A stretch of 64,000 nt of DNA from Eimeria praecox (Eukaryota): assembly GCA_963920595.1 (NCBI GenBank), contig OY986947.1, positions 5,518,001 through 5,582,000 on the forward strand. The letters run 5' to 3'. The position numbers and the translations under genes were made by a program. The notes below the pieces were generated by a model. That model made no database searches. It was not told the DNA's origin and was given only the letters and a program-made list of their open reading frames with translations. Below, in pieces: positions 59,560-64,000 of this stretch (position 1 is its first letter; every line of letters begins with the position of its first letter).

Positions 59560-60400
59560 GAGTCACCTCGATGCTTATAATGACCAGAAATGGCTACCGC
59601 TGCGCGACGAAAGCTGCTAAGAGTATGCGCATAGTGATAGCTTAACTTAGAAATGACCCATATCACCATGATGGGGGCCTTTAATGCCTTATGAGCCCAC
59701 CATGACACAATTCTACGCTCGCCCTGGGTGTATCAGTGGGAGTAGCGCATGCGGCCTCCAGAAGACACGTTTGATGTCTATTTGCCGGAAGCAGTGAGAG
59801 AGTTCATCAACTCTCCCAACAGCACTTGCATCCTTGACTGTAAGTGGAGTATGATGAATATTTCAAGAATACGAGAGGTAGGAAACGCCAGATCAGGGCA
59901 TAGGCACTTCAAGAAACGATGGCGAAGTGCATGGACTTCGTCGTGATGGTTTTCTTGGGGGTGCACCTTTGTGGTCTTCGGTCCAGTTAGCACGCAAGGA
60001 GCAGCAGAAGTGGGCAATTTGAAGAAGAGCTCTTTGGCGCGTAAAGCAGAGAGGTGTTACCAGCGTTCTGGACACACGCTGGAAGCGCAGTGTACCTCAT
60101 CGAACCTAGTCCTTTGTTTCAAAGGCACGCAGTTATTGGGGTCTTCAACCATAGCCGAAAACAAATAGGAACTGCAACGTAATCTTGGTGACCTCCAGTG
60201 GCAGGTCAAATATGAGTTACTGTGGCTAACAAATGAAGGGTAGGTGGCAATATACTTCGACGATGTGCTTGCGTTTACTGGCAGTCTGCAGGAGCATTTA
60301 CATCACCTGTGCCGTAGTCCGCAACTGCCACGCGGGAAGCAGTGATTTGTGAAACCACAGCGAAGTTATTAGCTTAGGTTTCTTTTTCGTGCAGCACGAT
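59560..60400 (+). mobile_element. Decayed Ty3/gypsy-type retrotransposon pol relic (protease-RT)
   Basis: HDTILRSPWV (~59701), KK..WR/KCMDF (~59911-59940, frameshifted), GDLQWQVK...EG*VAIYFDDVLAFTGSLQEHLHHL (~60187-60309; YxDD box). Confidence 0.65.
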
Positions 60401-61499
60401 TCCAAAAGGGTTTGTTCATGCGCATATGTGGATTTATTGTGAGGGGTGGTCTTGCGACACGAAGTGCCATAACTCTTTGCGGGTCCCCATCTCTCTCCAG
60501 CAACCCGAGGATCCTGCGCATGCACGATTAAGATGTCCAGATGTAGGAAGTGATCTTAGTCCTTTTTGTGGAACTGCTAAACTAGCTGTCTCGAATTCAC
60601 TTAATCTGACGCTACTCATAATAGCCTAAGTGCCCAGCAACCTTGTTCGGTTCTCCATTTCAGCTCCGTGCGGATGAATAGTATTACTGGGGACGTCTTG
60701 ACAGAATCATCCCTTCTTGTGACTTAGCTTCAAATTTTGGTGTTATTTACAGTTTCATTTCCATTTCGCAGCTCCGTGTAATTGAGGGGAGTTCAATTAG
60801 GAACGAGAATTCACTCTGATTTGTGGTAGGCGGATTCAGTTGGAGATTCTGTCAGTTCGTTCCCCTATTTAGCTCATCGAGTTTCCAAGCAGAGGGAAAA
60901 CACCATCACAGCTGCTCTATGGAGGAACTGGCTGCGCACCCCACGAAACTGCGGAGAGCCTGCTGGTGGTATGTGTAAAAGGTAGCCTGCGGTGATACAG
61001 CAGCTGTTCTTGGGAGTGCCTAACGCCTATAATTTCAGTTTGATCGGTGCTCCAGGCTAAAGCCTCAGATCCTCCTGGCTAAAGTCCAGCCACGAAGCCC
61101 CAAGCCCCAGCCCCCAGCCCCAAAGCCCCAAAGCCCCGAGCACATACTCCATCGCCCAGTCACTTTCCCCCCAGAGCACCACCTTTCAAAAGTTCTTAAT
61201 TGGATACTTTGGTTTTGTTCATAGCTGCACATTAAAATGTGGAGAGCGAACTGCACTATTTGAGCAGAATGTTCACGCTGCCCTTTGCCCTTCGCCCTGC
61301 TTGCTCAAGCTAATATTACTAGTGAAGCATCAGGGTAGACGCCTAAAACAGATAAACTGTTCAATATAGTTAAAACGCAGGCGAGAGCCGTAAACTTACT
61401 GCCGACATCAAGGTCTGAGCATATTTTTACTCGCTGTTTTTGAGGGCGTAACGGTCGTTCCTGAGGCTGTTTCACGTAGCTTCACGTTAGGGGAAGAAC

Positions 61500-62704
61500 A
61501 TGAACTGCCCAAACCTCCGTACCGACTGTACGCACGGCAACCCTGCCGTGGGGGCTCGTGCTCGGGAGATGGAGCATCGCTTGCACTTAGAACGCTTGAA
61601 GGCAGTAGTGGCGAGCGTCGACAATAACAAGCCTTTTATGGGTAATACAGAGCAGCAGCAGAAACGGCCCAGAAAATCATATCAGCAACGCTCTAAAGAA
61701 AAGATGCAAGCACATGAAAACTTCAAGATGCTGACCACAATCGCTGCTACAATGAACCGTCCGTGCCGCCTGCCTCCACAGCCAGTTGCAGGCCGTAGCC
61801 TCAATATTGCCTTTAGACGCAGGGAACATTGGAAAATAGTCAAAGAAAATCAAGTAAGGTGCAATTTTCCTTTAGGTATTTCGGGATGGTAATTCAGTCG
61901 TACATTAGAAAGCATTTGACTGATTTTGGTTCAAAAGTTCCAAGGCCCTGTGGTGACGAAGGATTTGTTCCGTGTTAGATGCTGTGCCATGAAAGCATGC
62001 TAAAGCGGGAGACGCTTTAAGCAAAGCCATTTGCAACCTATGGGAGTCAGGTTGGGCGCCTGGGGGGGAGCCCAACTACGGCCCTCCTTTCAGTATCTTA
62101 TTGTATCCAAGAAGCCAAATACGCCTGTCATTTCATTCAGAAATTGCTTGAGAGGCTAGAAAAGTCTAAGCCACTGGTGGCTACGGCGTCCCAATATCGT
62201 CAAGACTTTGTAGAGCACGAGCGCCGCCTGATGCTATGCAGCTACAGCTCCCGTAGAAGAAAAGTAGGTGATGGAAGGTCTCCTCAGCCAGCTCCACGGC
62301 CTGACGGCCATCATCGCAGTGGCAATTGTGCCACTAGGCGTCAAGGGGCGGAGCATGAACTCAGGCATAAGGTAGGCTGTGGCTCTAGTGGTTGCGGCGC
62401 ACTGCTATAACTGGATATGCCGAAGATAATTAAAACAATTACAGCGGCTCGTTGGGTGCGCTTTCGAATGTTTGCGCTGCAGCTGGCAGTCAAATGCTAC
62501 AAGTGCACCGACGCCCCACATACTTGTACTGCAGATGCCGAACATCGTGCTGCTCGTTCTCCAGCATCACCAGAACCTTGTACCAAGCAATTCAACCAAA
62601 GATGGAAGGAATTTAGGTGTTATCCTGCTTCAAAACAAATGTGGGCTGCACCTAGGGTCTTCGTCCCGAACGACCTGCCAAAGCCACTCAGCCCTGCTGT
62701 GTAA
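61500..62704 (+). CDS. KIAA1430/CFAP97-domain (hemingway-like) flagellar protein; exons 61500-61853, 62141-~62266, probable last exon 62535-62704
   Basis: HRLHLERLKAVVASVDNNKP...HENFKMLTTIAATM...RSLNIAFRRREHWKIVKENQ|KLLERLEKSKP...YRQDF fits the recalled family pattern. The 3' exon structure is uncertain. Confidence 0.7.
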
Positions 62705-64000
62705 AACAGTACAACTGTTCACTTCCGTATGCGGCGGTGTAGTTGATGGCTCGAATGCCTGAACAGTGATAAACCTGCAACGTCACTGTTGTATGTTGCT
62801 GAATATCTTGTGAAAGAGTAAGGCGAAGCATGCAGCAACTGAGAGAAAGAGTAAACGCATCGATGCAGAATTATTTCTCGTGGCAAGACGTGGCCACGCC
62901 ATTTTAAAGTTCTGGATGCTATAGCTGCTTATCAGTGGGAATAACGGTAAAAGGGGACTGTTTACGACGTGATAATTAATGATTATATTCTGTTTTGCTA
63001 TCGCTCAAGCGCTAATTGCACCAAACCAGTTGCCTCCACCACAACTTTTCTGGGTGCGTTCCGTCGCATTCCAGGCCAGGCATAACACATTTCTAACCCT
63101 CCTGTGCTGCTCAGTTCTTGCAATGCCTTCCTTCTATGCTAGACTTGCACAAGCAGAATCCTTGAAGGAGCTGTTATTCAAGCTAAGCATAAGCTTCCTT
63201 CGCCTTTCAGGACACTTTTGCTCAAGCAGAAAAGTAGCACAGCCAACTCATGCGATTAGTGGGAAGCAGAATTCCCTGATGTAGACTCAGTATAAATCTG
63301 TCGAGCAGTGAAATGCATAAGCATATATCACCTCCAGATGCACTACCAAGAGACCTCCCTTGAGCGCATACACTCCAGGCTCTCAATGCATTTTATTCCC
63401 TAGTATCTGGCTGTAAAGCTTGGTGAATTGCTGATAAACTCATGTATTCAGCTATTCAGGCGAAGTGCTACCTTGCTTTCTAGCACAGAAAGGCTGGGTA
63501 ACGCGTTGCTGAGTACAAAAGAGTTCAACGAGTTGCATGCTCTCCGCATGCATTCAGTGGTTGAGTGGCCGTGAAGCGTATTTGTGGGAAGGCCCTAGGC
63601 TTGCCTAGCACACGCTTTCTATCCTAATAACGGGATGCCTTGCAGTTCTGTGGTTGAAACACTCGTTACAGCAGGTAGCGATGAGGCTACTTCTGTGGAA
63701 TGGTTCGTCTTTTCGCATAAATCCTGGATGTGGCTTGAATGTCCGCACCCCGCTTATTTCTGCAAGAGGATATTGTGGAGTTAATTTAGTTTCACCGAAA
63801 CAAATGGGAGCCGGCAAGTAGTACCTATACAACCAAGGAAGAAGCAACAAGACGAATTGATATGCTAACGTAGTTCCAAAACAGTCTTAAAGCTGGCTGG
63901 TAAACGCGAAATCGAACCTGCTCATCATCTCCACGAGAAGAGGCATGCATTTCGCAAATGTTGGATTTCAGATTGTCTTGCTGCACATTGGATGCAACAC

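Noticed and set aside
61095..61140. Degenerate AGCCCC repeat (possible G4 on the minus strand)
   Set aside because: Short and irregular; no further support.
62800..64000. Short ORFs at the window end
   Set aside because: No recognisable protein or splice pattern.

Overview
Eukaryotic, intron-rich DNA typical of a coccidian apicomplexan (Eimeria/Cyclospora-like; inferred from CAG triplet tracts, TGCATGCA runs, internal GGGTTTA repeats and gene content). About 1-13.7 kb is a repeat-rich segment carrying an apicoplast-type dihydrolipoamide dehydrogenase (+) and a 4xKH/RS-RGG RNA-binding protein (-). The remaining ~50 kb is repeat-poor and carries a CDPK (-), a coiled-coil protein of probable basal-body type (-), an ARMC1-like ARM+HMA-like protein (+), SAS6-like (+), RUVBL1 (-), a 6PGL-G6PD fusion (+), a tail-to-tail PanB-PanE (KPHMT-KPR) fusion (-) and a KIAA1430/CFAP97-domain gene (+). 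Several apparently empty intergenic gaps hold heavily decayed Ty3/gypsy LTR-retrotransposon relics (protease, RT and integrase motifs broken by stops and frameshifts). Gene models were spliced by eye and family calls come from recalled motifs, not database searches.
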